The position numbers and the translations under genes are program-made. A DNA stretch of 64,000 nt from Elusimicrobiota bacterium (GTDB lineage: Bacteria > Elusimicrobiota > JBDRON01), in assembly GCA_043810025.1 (NCBI GenBank), contig JBDRON010000056.1:19377-83376 (forward strand), written 5' to 3'. Shown here one piece after another: positions 35,237-44,345 of the stretch (its first letter is position 1; each line of letters begins with the position of its first letter). The notes beneath the pieces were generated by a model. It was not told where the DNA came from. It saw only the letters and a program-made list of their open reading frames with translations, and searched no databases.

Positions 35237-35400
35237 GAATTTAAGAAACACTTCAGCCAGGGGAAGTCCGTGGGAATCGGACACTGCCCCGCAACGGTGA
35301 TTCCTTCCGCCATCAGGCGGATTGGATAAGTCCGGTCTACTGTCTGAAGCATAAATCCTAAAAAGTGTTTTTAGGATTGCCTGCGCGGGCGGGATGGGTT
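35237..35400 (+). promoter_or_regulatory. cobalamin (AdoCbl) riboswitch
   Basis: B12-box-like core ...AGGGGAAGTCCGTGGGAATCGGACACTGCCCCGCAACGGTGA... (the conserved ...GCCACTG... region appears as CACTGCC); 5' UTR of the cobO-btuFCD-cobCUTS operon. Confidence 0.75.
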
Positions 35401-35408
35401 TTTGTCTG

Positions 35409-35441
35409 CCCAACCTCCGTCGGAGGTTGGGTTTTTTTTAT
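35409..35441 (+). terminator. intrinsic terminator / riboswitch expression platform (CCCAACCTCCGTCGGAGGTTGGG + U8)
   Basis: Perfect 9-bp stem with CGTC loop followed by TTTTTTTT, located between the riboswitch aptamer and the cobO RBS. Confidence 0.65.
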
Positions 35442-35457
35442 TTAGGGGGGATAGCTA

Positions 35458-36006
35458 ATGAACAATTCAAAAAAAAATATTCGAGGCCTGGTTCAGGTTT
35501 ATACCGGCAACGGGAAAGGTAAAACAACGGCGGCGGTCGGTTCGGCGATCCGGGCTTTAGGTCAAGGCTTAAGGGTCTGTTTTGTTCAATTTTTTAAAAA
35601 TGACAAAAAATTTTCTTACGGGGAGCAAAAAATATTTTCCCAGTTAAAAAATTTGGAATTCCATTGTTTTTCCCCTCATCATCCGCGGTTGGAAAAGATG
35701 GTCGATGATGCGGAAATCCGTCAGGGATGCCGGCAGGGAATGGAATTTATCAAAAATATTTTTCTGCGGAATAATTTTGACCTGCTGATTATCGATGAAT
35801 TAAATATTGCTTTGCGCGATGGATTTTTAAGCCCGGAAACGGTAATCGGCCTGCTCAAAAATAAGCCGGCAAAAATGGAAGTAATTATCACCGGACGGGG
35901 CGCGTCGAAAGAGTTGATGGAATACGCTGATTTAGTGACCGAAATGCTGCCGGTAAAACATCCTTATGATAAAGGTATCCCCTGCCGCAAAGGAATAGAA
36001 TATTAA
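35458..36006 (+). CDS. cobO: cob(I)yrinic acid a,c-diamide adenosyltransferase (CobA/CobO/BtuR)
   Basis: P-loop VQVYTGNGKGKTTAAVGSAIRALGQG typical of BtuR/CobO. Confidence 0.88.
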   Translation: MNNSKKNIRGLVQVYTGNGKGKTTAAVGSAIRALGQGLRVCFVQFFKNDKKFSYGEQKIFSQLKNLEFHCFSPHHPRLEKMVDDAEIRQGCRQGMEFIKNIFLRNNFDLLIIDELNIALRDGFLSPETVIGLLKNKPAKMEVIITGRGASKELMEYADLVTEMLPVKHPYDKGIPCRKGIEY

Positions 36007-36023
36007 AGCAGGTAAATTAAAAA

Positions 36024-36683
36024 ATGAGCAAAATAGTTTATTTAGTAAAAAGAAGTTTGTTGTTAAGTTTTGCGTTTTGCGCTTTGCACTTTACGCTTGT
36101 TTTCGCGGCTTCACCGCAAAGGATTGTCTCTTTGTCGCCTTCCGTAACGGAGATACTTTTTTTGCTTGGTTTGGGGGATAAAGTGGTCGGGGTCACCACT
36201 TCCTGCGATTATCCGCCGCTGGCCAAAGAAAAATTTAAAGTTGGTGATTTTTCCAATCCGAACCTGGAAAAAATTGTTGCGCTTCAACCGGATCTGGTTT
36301 TTGTTACCGACGGCATACAGGAGCCGCTGGCGCGGAAATTGAGGCAGTTTGGTTTAAGGGTGGAGGTGGTTGCCCCCCAGAATATTGAAGGGATTCTCCG
36401 CTCATTTGTTTCAATTGGTGAATCTACCGGAACAAGCGGGCCGGCGATGAGGTTGGTAAAAGAAATTCGCCGCAGGTTGAATAAGGTTGAGGTGAAAGTT
36501 GCCGCTGTTCCCCGGGAGAAAAGGCCGAAAATTTTTCTGGAGATTTGGCCTAAACCCTTGATGACGGTCGGCAAAGACTGTTTTGTTGACCTTGACCCGG
36601 ATTTATTGCTGCGCACCGGACCGCGTTTTGTCCAGGGGGTAGAAGATTTGTACCGGATTTTCTACCCGGATGATAAACCATGA
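36024..36683 (+). CDS. btuF: periplasmic cobalamin-binding protein (ABC substrate-binding, BtuF-like)
   Basis: Signal peptide, then PQRIVSLSPSVTEILFLLGLGDKVVGVT (BtuF/FecB family). Confidence 0.78.
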   Translation: MSKIVYLVKRSLLLSFAFCALHFTLVFAASPQRIVSLSPSVTEILFLLGLGDKVVGVTTSCDYPPLAKEKFKVGDFSNPNLEKIVALQPDLVFVTDGIQEPLARKLRQFGLRVEVVAPQNIEGILRSFVSIGESTGTSGPAMRLVKEIRRRLNKVEVKVAAVPREKRPKIFLEIWPKPLMTVGKDCFVDLDPDLLLRTGPRFVQGVEDLYRIFYPDDKP

Positions 36684-37378
36684 AAAAAATACCGCCGTTT
36701 AATTTTTTAGTTATTCTGCTGATTTTTTTGTTGGGTGTCTTTATTTTATCGATTTTTATCGGGTCCAGTTCTATTTCTCCATTGAAAATAATGAAAATTC
36801 TTCAGGCAAAGTTTTTGGCCGGTCAGACTTCCTGGGAAACTGCGGTTATCTGGAATATCCGTCTTCCCCGGATTTTTCTCGGGTTTATAGTTGGGGCCGG
36901 TTTGGGCTGTGTGGGGGCGGTGTTCCAGGGGTTGCTGGGTTCTCTCAGCCAAACCGAGGGGAAACTGTTGGTTCTGGTCAGTATTATTATTTTGCTGGGG
37001 ATTGCGCTGCTGCAGCTGTTCTCCTGGCAGCTTAACCTGATTTCTTTAAGCGAAGATAAAGCCGCTCATCTGGGTGTGGATACGGAACGAACTAAAAAAG
37101 CTGTTTTTACTATTGCCTCGATCATCATCGGGGCGGTAGTCAGCGTTTCCGGGTTGATTGGTTTTGTCGGTTTGATTATTCCGCATATCATCCGGCTGTT
37201 TATCGGCCCTGACCACCGCTATTTATTAATCGGTTCGGCTTTGGGCGGGGGGATATTCTTGATTTTTTCCGACACAATCGCCCGAACGATATTCAGCCCG
37301 GTGGAACTGCCGGTCGGCATAGTCACCGCAATTTTTGGCGCCCCTTTTTTCCTTTATCTGTTAAGAAAGGGGAGATAA
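36680..37378 (+). CDS. btuC: FecCD-family ABC permease (BtuC-like), unusually short (about 100-aa internal in-frame deletion)
   Basis: N- and C-terminal FecCD motifs (RLPRIFLGFIVGAGLG..., GFVGLIIPHIIRLFIGPDHRYLL...ELPVGIVTAIFGAPFFLYLLRK), but only 232 aa versus about 330 expected. Confidence 0.65.
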   Translation: MKKIPPFNFLVILLIFLLGVFILSIFIGSSSISPLKIMKILQAKFLAGQTSWETAVIWNIRLPRIFLGFIVGAGLGCVGAVFQGLLGSLSQTEGKLLVLVSIIILLGIALLQLFSWQLNLISLSEDKAAHLGVDTERTKKAVFTIASIIIGAVVSVSGLIGFVGLIIPHIIRLFIGPDHRYLLIGSALGGGIFLIFSDTIARTIFSPVELPVGIVTAIFGAPFFLYLLRKGR

Positions 37379-37459
37379 TAGCCATTTTTGTGGTAGCCGC
37401 AACCTTTAGGTGCGTTTCAAATTATGCGCAGGCTAAAGCCTGCGGCTACCAAGTGATAC

Positions 37460-37560
37460 TGATGTTATGTGTGTTCCCCTTTTAGAAAGGGGGATAAGGG
37501 GGATTTAGAAAATAATTACTAAATCTCCCCTAACCCCTCTTTATAAAAGAGGGGAATAAG
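37460..37560 (+). repeat. Family A triple-hairpin element, copy A4
   Basis: TGATGTTATGTGTGTT-CCCCTTTTAGAAAGGGGG-ATAAGGGGGATTTAGAAAATAATTACTAAATCTCCCCTAA-CCCCTCTTTATAAAAGAGGGG-AATAAG; between btuC and btuD. Confidence 0.7.
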
Positions 37561-37578
37561 AAATGAGGTGCCTAACTA

Positions 37579-38385
37579 ATGCTGCTAAAATTCGAAAATC
37601 TAAGTTTTTATTATAACGGCGCTCCGGTGCTTGAGGATATTTCCAGCCAGATCAGGGGTGGAGAGTTTTTAGGGGTGATTGGGCCGAATGGCGCCGGTAA
37701 ATCCACCTTCTTAAAAATTCTCAGCCGGGCCGTTTTGCCGGCCCGTGGCCGGGTTTTTTTCCAGGATCGGGAGATGCGGAAATATTCGATTAAGCAGTTG
37801 GCCCAAAACATCGCTTTTGTCAGCGCGGAAAATTTTGTCCCTTACGATTTTACCGTGCGAGAAATTGTTCAGATGGGACGCACCCCGTATCTTGGTTTCT
37901 TTCCGCGGTTTTCGGTTAACGACCAGGAGATAGTCGAGCGGATGCTAAGGGAAACGAATATTTTAAAATTAGCTCAGCGTTCGATAAACTCGCTTTCCAG
38001 CGGTGAAAGACAGCGGGTTTTTATTGCCCAGGCTTTTGCTCAGGAACCAAAGCTATTATTGCTGGACGAGCCGACTAATCATTTGGATATCCGCTACGAA
38101 ATTGAGATCTTTAAACAATTAAAAAAATTCAACCGGCTGCAGCAAACCACGATAGTGGTAGTCACCCATAACCTGAATTTAGCCGGAGCCTATTGCCGGA
38201 AACTGATTCTGCTTAAATCCGGCCGAATTTTTGCCCAGGGTAGTCCGGAGGAAGTGATCACAGAAAATAACATTCGCCGTGTTTATCAGGCCGAGGTGGA
38301 AGTAGTCAAAAATTACCGGAACAACACAGTACAGGTTTTCCCCAAAACGGAAAACACAAATATAAATTTATGCCCACAAAATTAA
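37579..38385 (+). CDS. btuD: ABC transporter ATP-binding protein (BtuD/FecE-like)
   Basis: Walker A GPNGAGKST, signature LSSGERQRVFIAQA, Walker B LLLLDEPTNHLD. Confidence 0.8.
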   Translation: MLLKFENLSFYYNGAPVLEDISSQIRGGEFLGVIGPNGAGKSTFLKILSRAVLPARGRVFFQDREMRKYSIKQLAQNIAFVSAENFVPYDFTVREIVQMGRTPYLGFFPRFSVNDQEIVERMLRETNILKLAQRSINSLSSGERQRVFIAQAFAQEPKLLLLDEPTNHLDIRYEIEIFKQLKKFNRLQQTTIVVVTHNLNLAGAYCRKLILLKSGRIFAQGSPEEVITENNIRRVYQAEVEVVKNYRNNTVQVFPKTENTNINLCPQN

Positions 38386-38927
38386 TCTTAATCCGGCACG
38401 GTGAAACTGCTTGGAGCAGTCAGAAGAGGTATTGCGGGATTAGCGATGTGGAGCTGAACGAAAACGGCCGAAAACAGGCTCTCCTGCTGGCCGGGAAATT
38501 GAGCGGAGAAAGAGTGGACAAAATTTATTCCAGCGACCGGAAAAGAACCTGGCAGTTTGCCCGGATCGTTTTTCCGGGTTTGCCGGTGGAAAAGGTTCCG
38601 GAGCTGCAGGAAATAAATTTTGGAATTTTTGAAGGGTTTACTTATCGGCAGATTTTGAAAACTCATCCGGAGATTTATCGAGCCTGGCTGGCTAACCCGG
38701 TCGATACCCAAATTCCGGGAGGAGAATCCCTAAGTAATCTGGCCGAAAGGGTCAAAAAAATATTAGAAAAAATTTTGGCGGATAACCGGAACAAAACAAT
38801 TGCCGTGGTTACCCATAGCGGCCCGATTCGGATAATTTTGGGCGGGATCAGGAAATTGGAGTTAAAAAATATCTGGCAAATCAAACCTGATTTAGCCAGC
38901 GTCAATATTGTGGAGTTCAATGGGTAA
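38370..38927 (+). CDS. cobC: alpha-ribazole phosphatase / histidine phosphatase family (CobC)
   Basis: LILIRHGETAWS catalytic RHG motif; sits within the cob salvage operon. Confidence 0.75.
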   Translation: MPTKLILIRHGETAWSSQKRYCGISDVELNENGRKQALLLAGKLSGERVDKIYSSDRKRTWQFARIVFPGLPVEKVPELQEINFGIFEGFTYRQILKTHPEIYRAWLANPVDTQIPGGESLSNLAERVKKILEKILADNRNKTIAVVTHSGPIRIILGGIRKLELKNIWQIKPDLASVNIVEFNG

Positions 38928-39438
38928 AATTATATTTATTCTTGGTGGAGCAAGAAGCGGGAAAAGTTCCCACTCGCTTAAATTAGCCGGAGCGGTCCGA
39001 GGCCGGGCCGCCTTTGTGGCCACCTGCGCGCCGCTGGATAAAGAAATGGAAAAGCGGATCGAAAAGCATAAAAGTTCGCGGCCGCTTAACTGGCAGACTT
39101 TTGAAGAGCGGCGAAATTTACCGGCGCTGATGGCGAAGATTGGATCAAAGTTCCGGGTGATTATTGTTGATTGTCTAACGCTTTATCTGACTAATCTTCT
39201 CTTGGCCGGTCTGGATGAGGCGGCAATCGAGCGGAATATCGGCCAATTGCTCCAAACGGTTAAAGCGGTAAAAAGTAAAACGTTGATTGTTTCCAACGAA
39301 GTGGGGTTGGGGATTGTTCCCCAGAACCGGTTAGCCAGAAAGTTCCGGGATTTAGCCGGCAGGATAAACCAGATTGTTGCCGAAAAATCCGACGAAGTTA
39401 TTTTTATGGTCTCCGGTCTGCCAATTAAAGTTAAATAA
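38908..39438 (+). CDS. cobU: bifunctional adenosylcobinamide kinase / adenosylcobinamide-phosphate guanylyltransferase (CobU/CobP)
   Basis: P-loop IIFILGGARSGKSSHSL; about 176 aa. Confidence 0.88.
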   Translation: MWSSMGKIIFILGGARSGKSSHSLKLAGAVRGRAAFVATCAPLDKEMEKRIEKHKSSRPLNWQTFEERRNLPALMAKIGSKFRVIIVDCLTLYLTNLLLAGLDEAAIERNIGQLLQTVKAVKSKTLIVSNEVGLGIVPQNRLARKFRDLAGRINQIVAEKSDEVIFMVSGLPIKVK

Positions 39439-39457
39439 TTTTTCAAAAGGAGAAAAC

Positions 39458-40513
39458 ATGGAAAAAGTGGAAGAAATTGTAGTGAAAATTGCCGGGCTTG
39501 ATTCGGATCTGCTAAGGAGGACACAAGAAAGGTTGGATAATCTTACCAAGCCGCCGGGCAGTTTGGGAAGGCTGGAAGAGTTGGCCAGGATGATCGTCGG
39601 AATGACCGGAAAAGCTAACCCCTCTTTGGACAACAAGGTTATTTTTACCCTTGCTGCTGATCATGGAGCGGCGGAGGACGGGGTCAGCGCTTATCCCCGG
39701 GAAGTGACGGCTCAGATGGTTTATAATTTTTTAAATGGCGGGGCGGCGATCAATGTTTTGGCTAAGCATGCGGGGGCGAGGGTGGTGGTCGTGGATCTGG
39801 GAGTGGCCGTCGATTTAAAACCTCATCCGGAGTTAATGATTAAAAAAATAAATTATGGGACAAAAAACATGCGCCAGGGGCCGGCGATGAGCCGTGGGGA
39901 AGCGATAAAATCCATCGAAGCCGGGAAGGAAATTTTTCAGGTGGCGGCGGAGAAAGGGATTGATATCGCCGGGACCGGAGATATGGGCATTGGGAATACG
40001 ACGGCCAGCGCGGCTTTAACGGCTGTTTTTACCGGCCGGGCTGTGGAGGATGTTACCGGCCGCGGTACCGGCCTTGAGGATCAGGCTTTAAAAAACAAAG
40101 TTGCCTTTATTGCTGAGGCGATAGGCTTAAACAAGCCGGATAAAAACGATCCGTTGGATGTGCTGGCTAAACTGGGCGGGTTTGAGATCGGGGGGTTGGC
40201 CGGAATAATTTTGGCGGCTGCTTCCCGAAGGGTGCCGGTGGTGATTGATGGTTTTATTTCCGGGACGGCGGCTTTGCTGGCTTATCAGCTAGAGCCAAAA
40301 GTTAAGGATTATCTGATCGCTTCGCATTGTTCGGTAGAAAAGGGGCATAAAATAATTCTTGATTTTATTGGTTTAAAACCGTTTTTGGATTTGAATTTAA
40401 GGTTAGGCGAAGGAACGGGAGCGGCCTTGGGCATCAGTCTGGCCGAAGCTAGTATAAAAATATTAACCCAAATGGCCACCTTTGCCAAAGCCGGAGTTTC
40501 CACAAAAAAGTAG
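39458..40513 (+). CDS. cobT: nicotinate-nucleotide--dimethylbenzimidazole phosphoribosyltransferase
   Basis: CobT family (KPPGSLGRLEELA..., GIGNTTASAAL, ...ALGISLAEASIKIL); AAGGAG RBS before ATG 39458 (track start 39374 is an over-extension). Confidence 0.88.
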   Translation: MEKVEEIVVKIAGLDSDLLRRTQERLDNLTKPPGSLGRLEELARMIVGMTGKANPSLDNKVIFTLAADHGAAEDGVSAYPREVTAQMVYNFLNGGAAINVLAKHAGARVVVVDLGVAVDLKPHPELMIKKINYGTKNMRQGPAMSRGEAIKSIEAGKEIFQVAAEKGIDIAGTGDMGIGNTTASAALTAVFTGRAVEDVTGRGTGLEDQALKNKVAFIAEAIGLNKPDKNDPLDVLAKLGGFEIGGLAGIILAAASRRVPVVIDGFISGTAALLAYQLEPKVKDYLIASHCSVEKGHKIILDFIGLKPFLDLNLRLGEGTGAALGISLAEASIKILTQMATFAKAGVSTKK

Positions 40514-40516
40514 TAG

Positions 40517-40590
40517 TTGTGGGTCATGGGTCTTGAGCTCAAAAGACTCGATTCCTTTAAAATCACAACCCATGACACACAACTCAGAAC
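40517..40590. repeat. Family B palindrome, copy B5
   Basis: TTGTGGGTCATGGGTCTTGAGCTCAAAAGACTCGATTCCTTTAAAATCACAACCCATGACACACAACTCAGAAC; between cobT and cobS. Confidence 0.7.
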
Positions 40591-40616
40591 CATTACTTTA
40601 GGGAGCTTGTTTTATC

Positions 40617-41360
40617 TTGAAAGAGTTTTTATTGGCTTTACAGTTTTTAACGATCATACCGCTGGGATCTACGGAGGTGTTCGAGGAAAAAAAACTTCTT
40701 CGGGCGCCGGCGTTCTTTCCGCTCGTCGGACTGCTGATCGGTTTAATTTTAGCCGGAATGAATAATATTCTCTCATGGCTGTCCGTAGAACAGTTTTTGT
40801 CTAATGCTGTTCTACTGGTCTTGCTGATTGTTTTAACCGGAGGACTGCATCTGGATGGATTGGCCGATACTTTTGACGCTTTAGGCAGTGGAAAAGATCG
40901 AGCTCGCCGGCTGGAAATTATGCGCGATTCCCATATCGGGACGATGGGTGTTTTAAGCCTGATCAGTCTTCTTTTGCTGAAACTGGCGCTTCTCTGTTCT
41001 TTGGTCCCGGTCTTAACGAATAATTCTTTAATTCTGATGTGTTTATTAAGCCGGTATGCTTTAATTTTGGCGATGTTTTTGTTCCCTTACGCCCGCCAGG
41101 AAGGTAAAGCAAAACTTTTTATGCAGGGAATGAATTATAAGGTTTTTTTTCTGGGAAGCGGGCTAAGCTTAGCTTTCTCCTTAATTTTTTTTCAACTCCA
41201 GGGGGTGATATTTTTTATTTTAGTAACCATCTTTGTTTTTTTAGCCGGTAAATATGCGGCGAATAAGATTGGCGGAATTACCGGAGATGTTTTAGGGGCG
41301 ATCAGCGAATTGACCGAAATTTTTGTCCTCTGCAATGTTTTAATTTTGAGTAAATTTTAA
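40617..41360 (+). CDS. cobS: adenosylcobinamide-GDP ribazoletransferase (cobalamin synthase)
   Basis: Polytopic membrane protein starting LLALQFLTIIPL (CobS signature); TTG start. Confidence 0.85.
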   Translation: MKEFLLALQFLTIIPLGSTEVFEEKKLLRAPAFFPLVGLLIGLILAGMNNILSWLSVEQFLSNAVLLVLLIVLTGGLHLDGLADTFDALGSGKDRARRLEIMRDSHIGTMGVLSLISLLLLKLALLCSLVPVLTNNSLILMCLLSRYALILAMFLFPYARQEGKAKLFMQGMNYKVFFLGSGLSLAFSLIFFQLQGVIFFILVTIFVFLAGKYAANKIGGITGDVLGAISELTEIFVLCNVLILSKF

Positions 41361-41383
41361 TGGATGCTAATTTTCTTGTGATA

Positions 41384-41432
41384 GTGATGTGATTTGTGTT
41401 CCCTCTTTATAAAAGAGGGAATGAAAAAAATC
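41384..41432 (+). repeat. internally deleted Family A element (head + hairpin 3 only), copy A8
   Basis: GTGATGTGATTTGTGTT-CCCTCTTTATAAAAGAGGG-AATGAAAAAAATCGC. Confidence 0.5.
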
Positions 41433-41472
41433 GCGCTAAGCTAAATAAACCAAATCAGAAGGAGTAACTAAA

Positions 41473-43347
41473 ATGTTTAAGAGAAAAAAAGATGTTTTGC
41501 TGGTTATTTTTTTATTTTTTGTCTGGGGGGGGAGAACTTTTTTATATTCAAAAGATGAACCTTTGATCGTGGTGAGCGCGACCCTTGCGCCGTTAAGTTA
41601 TCCCAATGCCCCTACTAATGTCAATGTGATCAGCCGGGAAGAGATTGAGCAAACCAACGCGCAAAATGTGGGCGAGGCGATTAATTATTTGCCGGGTATC
41701 GAAGTCAGCCGGCATGGCAGTCTGGGAGCCTTAAGTCAGGTGCGGTTAAGAGGTTTTTTTGCCGACCAGGTGCTGGTGTTAATTGATAATCGGCCGGTGG
41801 GTGGTATATCGCTGGGTGTTGTCGATCTCAGTTTAATTCCCCTGGATAATGTGGAACGGATCGAAGTGGTTCGCGGGCCGGGATCCAGTGTTTACGGGGC
41901 GAACGCTCTAGGCGGTGTGGTCAATATTATCACCAAAACACCGAAGAATGAAATTCCTTATACCGAATATACTGTTCAACAGGGTAGTTTTTCGACCTAC
42001 CTTAATCGCCTTAGTTTTGATGTCCGCAAAGAGAAACTAGGGATACTTCTTTCCGCTAGTGAGAATAATTCTCAGGGTTTCCGGGATAACGGCGGATTTC
42101 AGTCGGCTAACTATTTCGGTAGTTTTGAGTACCGGCTCAATGAGAATAATCAATTGCTGTTTAGTGGCGGTTACGCTAAAAAAAGAACGGATGTTCCCGG
42201 ACCAAATCCTTTACGTTTGAACGAATTCGACGGACATAAGGAACGGTCTGCTTCCACCCCCAACACTTTTCAGAAGGACAAAGATGTTTATGGCCAGCTG
42301 GTTTATAAACTGCTGGTCGGAGAAAAAAATATGTTTCAAGGAAGAGTTTATTCTAATGTAAAAGAAAATTTTTATAACCAGCCCGACGACTGGGCGATAA
42401 AAAATTTAGCCGACGAGAAAAGTAACGGCGCTGAACTTCAGTGGGACACAGTCTATGGATTTGTTTTAGGGACAAACCTGCATACCGATTACTATGTTTT
42501 GACCGATCAACTTGCCGACAGCGAACAAATAAATAAGAAAGCCGGCAACTTCGCCTTTTTCCTGGAAGATAACTTGCATTTGAAAAAGTTAACGGTTGTT
42601 CCTGGTGTTCGATATGATCGGCATAAGACTTTTGGCGCTGAGGTTAATCCGCGTCTGTCGGCGATCTATCAAGCTAATGAACAAATAAAATTTTCTACTA
42701 ATTTTGGCCGCGCCTATCGGGTACCGACTTTCAATGATTTGTATTACCCATCCGGTGGTAATCCGGATTTAAAACCGGAGATTTCTTTGGGCGGGGATTG
42801 TGGAACCGAATATAAAATCAGGGGAAGTCTGACGGCCCGGCTTACTTATTTTCATTCCCGGGTCAAAGAGATGATTCGTTGGTCCGAAGATGCTAATACC
42901 GGAGTCTGGCATCCGGTTAATAACAAAGTTATTAATCAAGGTCTGGAGTTGGAACTGGAGAACAATTTTTTTTCTAATTTGAGTGGTAAACTTGGTTATT
43001 CTTTCCTTCACAACCGCAAATACGATTTTAAGGCCAGCCGCTATGTAGAGTGGTTTTATACGCCGGCGCATCGGCTTACTTATCAAATCGGTTACCAGCC
43101 CTCTGCGGCCTGGAATATTAATACTGGCTTGGAGTATGTCGATAAACAGTATGCTTCTGACGATAAAACGGGAACAAAACTGCCTTCCTATACTTTATGG
43201 GGGTTGCGCGTTTCCCGAAAAATTATTTCCTGGGATTTCTTCGCCGGTGTAGACAATCTAACCAATAAAAGATATATTATCCGCCAGGGCTATCCTCTGC
43301 CCGGCCGCACTTATTATGCCGGCGCCACCGCCAGATTTTCGAATTGA
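41473..43347 (+). CDS. btuB: TonB-dependent outer-membrane receptor (BtuB-like vitamin B12 transporter)
   Basis: Signal peptide, TonB-box-like DEPLIVVSAT, plug and 22-strand barrel-sized body; located after cobS. Confidence 0.78.
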   Translation: MFKRKKDVLLVIFLFFVWGGRTFLYSKDEPLIVVSATLAPLSYPNAPTNVNVISREEIEQTNAQNVGEAINYLPGIEVSRHGSLGALSQVRLRGFFADQVLVLIDNRPVGGISLGVVDLSLIPLDNVERIEVVRGPGSSVYGANALGGVVNIITKTPKNEIPYTEYTVQQGSFSTYLNRLSFDVRKEKLGILLSASENNSQGFRDNGGFQSANYFGSFEYRLNENNQLLFSGGYAKKRTDVPGPNPLRLNEFDGHKERSASTPNTFQKDKDVYGQLVYKLLVGEKNMFQGRVYSNVKENFYNQPDDWAIKNLADEKSNGAELQWDTVYGFVLGTNLHTDYYVLTDQLADSEQINKKAGNFAFFLEDNLHLKKLTVVPGVRYDRHKTFGAEVNPRLSAIYQANEQIKFSTNFGRAYRVPTFNDLYYPSGGNPDLKPEISLGGDCGTEYKIRGSLTARLTYFHSRVKEMIRWSEDANTGVWHPVNNKVINQGLELELENNFFSNLSGKLGYSFLHNRKYDFKASRYVEWFYTPAHRLTYQIGYQPSAAWNINTGLEYVDKQYASDDKTGTKLPSYTLWGLRVSRKIISWDFFAGVDNLTNKRYIIRQGYPLPGRTYYAGATARFSN

Positions 43348-43462
43348 TTTTGGGGGATCAGTTGTATTAAAATGTCCCCCTTTGATAAAGGGGGATTAAG
43401 GGGGTTGGGTTTTATATTTTTAAACTCCCCTAACCCCTCTTTAATAAAGAGGGGAATTAAAG
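43340..43462 (+). repeat. Family A triple-hairpin element, copy A5
   Basis: GAATTGATTTTGGGGGATCAGTTGTATTAAAATGT-CCCCCTTTGATAAAGGGGG-ATTAAGGGGGTTGGGTTTTATATTTTTAAACTCCCCTAA-CCCCTCTTTAATAAAGAGGGG-AATTAAAG. Confidence 0.7.
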
Positions 43463-43479
43463 CTCCGATAAATAAAAAT

Positions 43480-44283
43480 ATGTTCTCCAAACTTAACCAT
43501 TTAGAAAAAATTCTTAAAAAATTGGGCCGGGTGCTGGTGGCTTATTCCGGCGGGGTGGATTCGGCTTTTCTTTTGCTGGCGGCGATAAAATTTCTTGGCC
43601 GGGAAAATGTTTTTGCGGTGATTGCCGAAAGCGAGACCTATCCCCGGGCGGAAAAAAAATCGGCTGTTAGTTTGGCAAAAAAATTACGGGTCAAATATCA
43701 AGTTATTTTAACCGAAGAATTGAAAAATAAAAATTTTGCCGACAACCCGGTGGAACGATGTTTCTGGTGTAAAAACGAACTGTTTGCCAAGTTGACTGTC
43801 TTGGCCGATCAGAAAAAGATGGTGGTTGTTGACGGGTTGAATTATTCCGATCGAGGCGATTTTCGTCCCGGGGTGAAGGCGGCGGCTAAATGGAATGTGC
43901 TGCACCCGCTCCAACAGGCGAAGCTGACGAAGGAAGAAATTCGTTTTTGGAGCAGGGAATGGGACCTGCCGACCTGGGATAAACCGGCGCAAGCCTGTTT
44001 GGCTTCGCGGTTTCCTTATGGGCAGCCGATTACCGGGGAATCGCTGGGCAGGATCGAACGGGCCGAGAAAAACCTGTCTAAGTTAGGTTTTAAAATAATT
44101 CGGGTGCGCCATTACGGATCAACTGCCCGGATTGAGGTCGGAAAGAATGAATTAATAAAAATCATTAAAGATGATATCCGGGAGAAGATTATTTCCAGTT
44201 TTAAAAAATTAGGCTATCAATATGTTACTTTGGATTTGGCCGGCTATCGGACGGGAAGCATGAACGTCAGCCTAAAAGCCTAA
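43480..44283 (+). CDS. PP-loop ATP pyrophosphatase, LarE-like (TIGR00268 family)
   Basis: SGGxDS PP-loop (LVAYSGGVDSAFLL), conserved CFWCK cysteine; the track N-terminus (43372-43479) is encoded by repeat A5, so ATG 43480 is used. Confidence 0.7.
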   Translation: MFSKLNHLEKILKKLGRVLVAYSGGVDSAFLLLAAIKFLGRENVFAVIAESETYPRAEKKSAVSLAKKLRVKYQVILTEELKNKNFADNPVERCFWCKNELFAKLTVLADQKKMVVVDGLNYSDRGDFRPGVKAAAKWNVLHPLQQAKLTKEEIRFWSREWDLPTWDKPAQACLASRFPYGQPITGESLGRIERAEKNLSKLGFKIIRVRHYGSTARIEVGKNELIKIIKDDIREKIISSFKKLGYQYVTLDLAGYRTGSMNVSLKA

Positions 44284-44345
44284 GAGTCGGGGAACTAAAA
44301 AGCCCGCACCGCAGGCGCCCTAATTCCCTGTTTACCGCCGGTTTT

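Noticed and set aside
43372-43479. ORF-track N-terminal extensions that start inside repeats (43372 LarE-like, 62648..63403 RR, 14646 coaX, 4285 nuoA, 8045 nuoI, 39374 cobT)
   Set aside because: The extensions are encoded by palindromic repeat DNA or lack RBS support. Conserved protein N-termini and good Shine-Dalgarno sequences support the internal starts used in the feature table.
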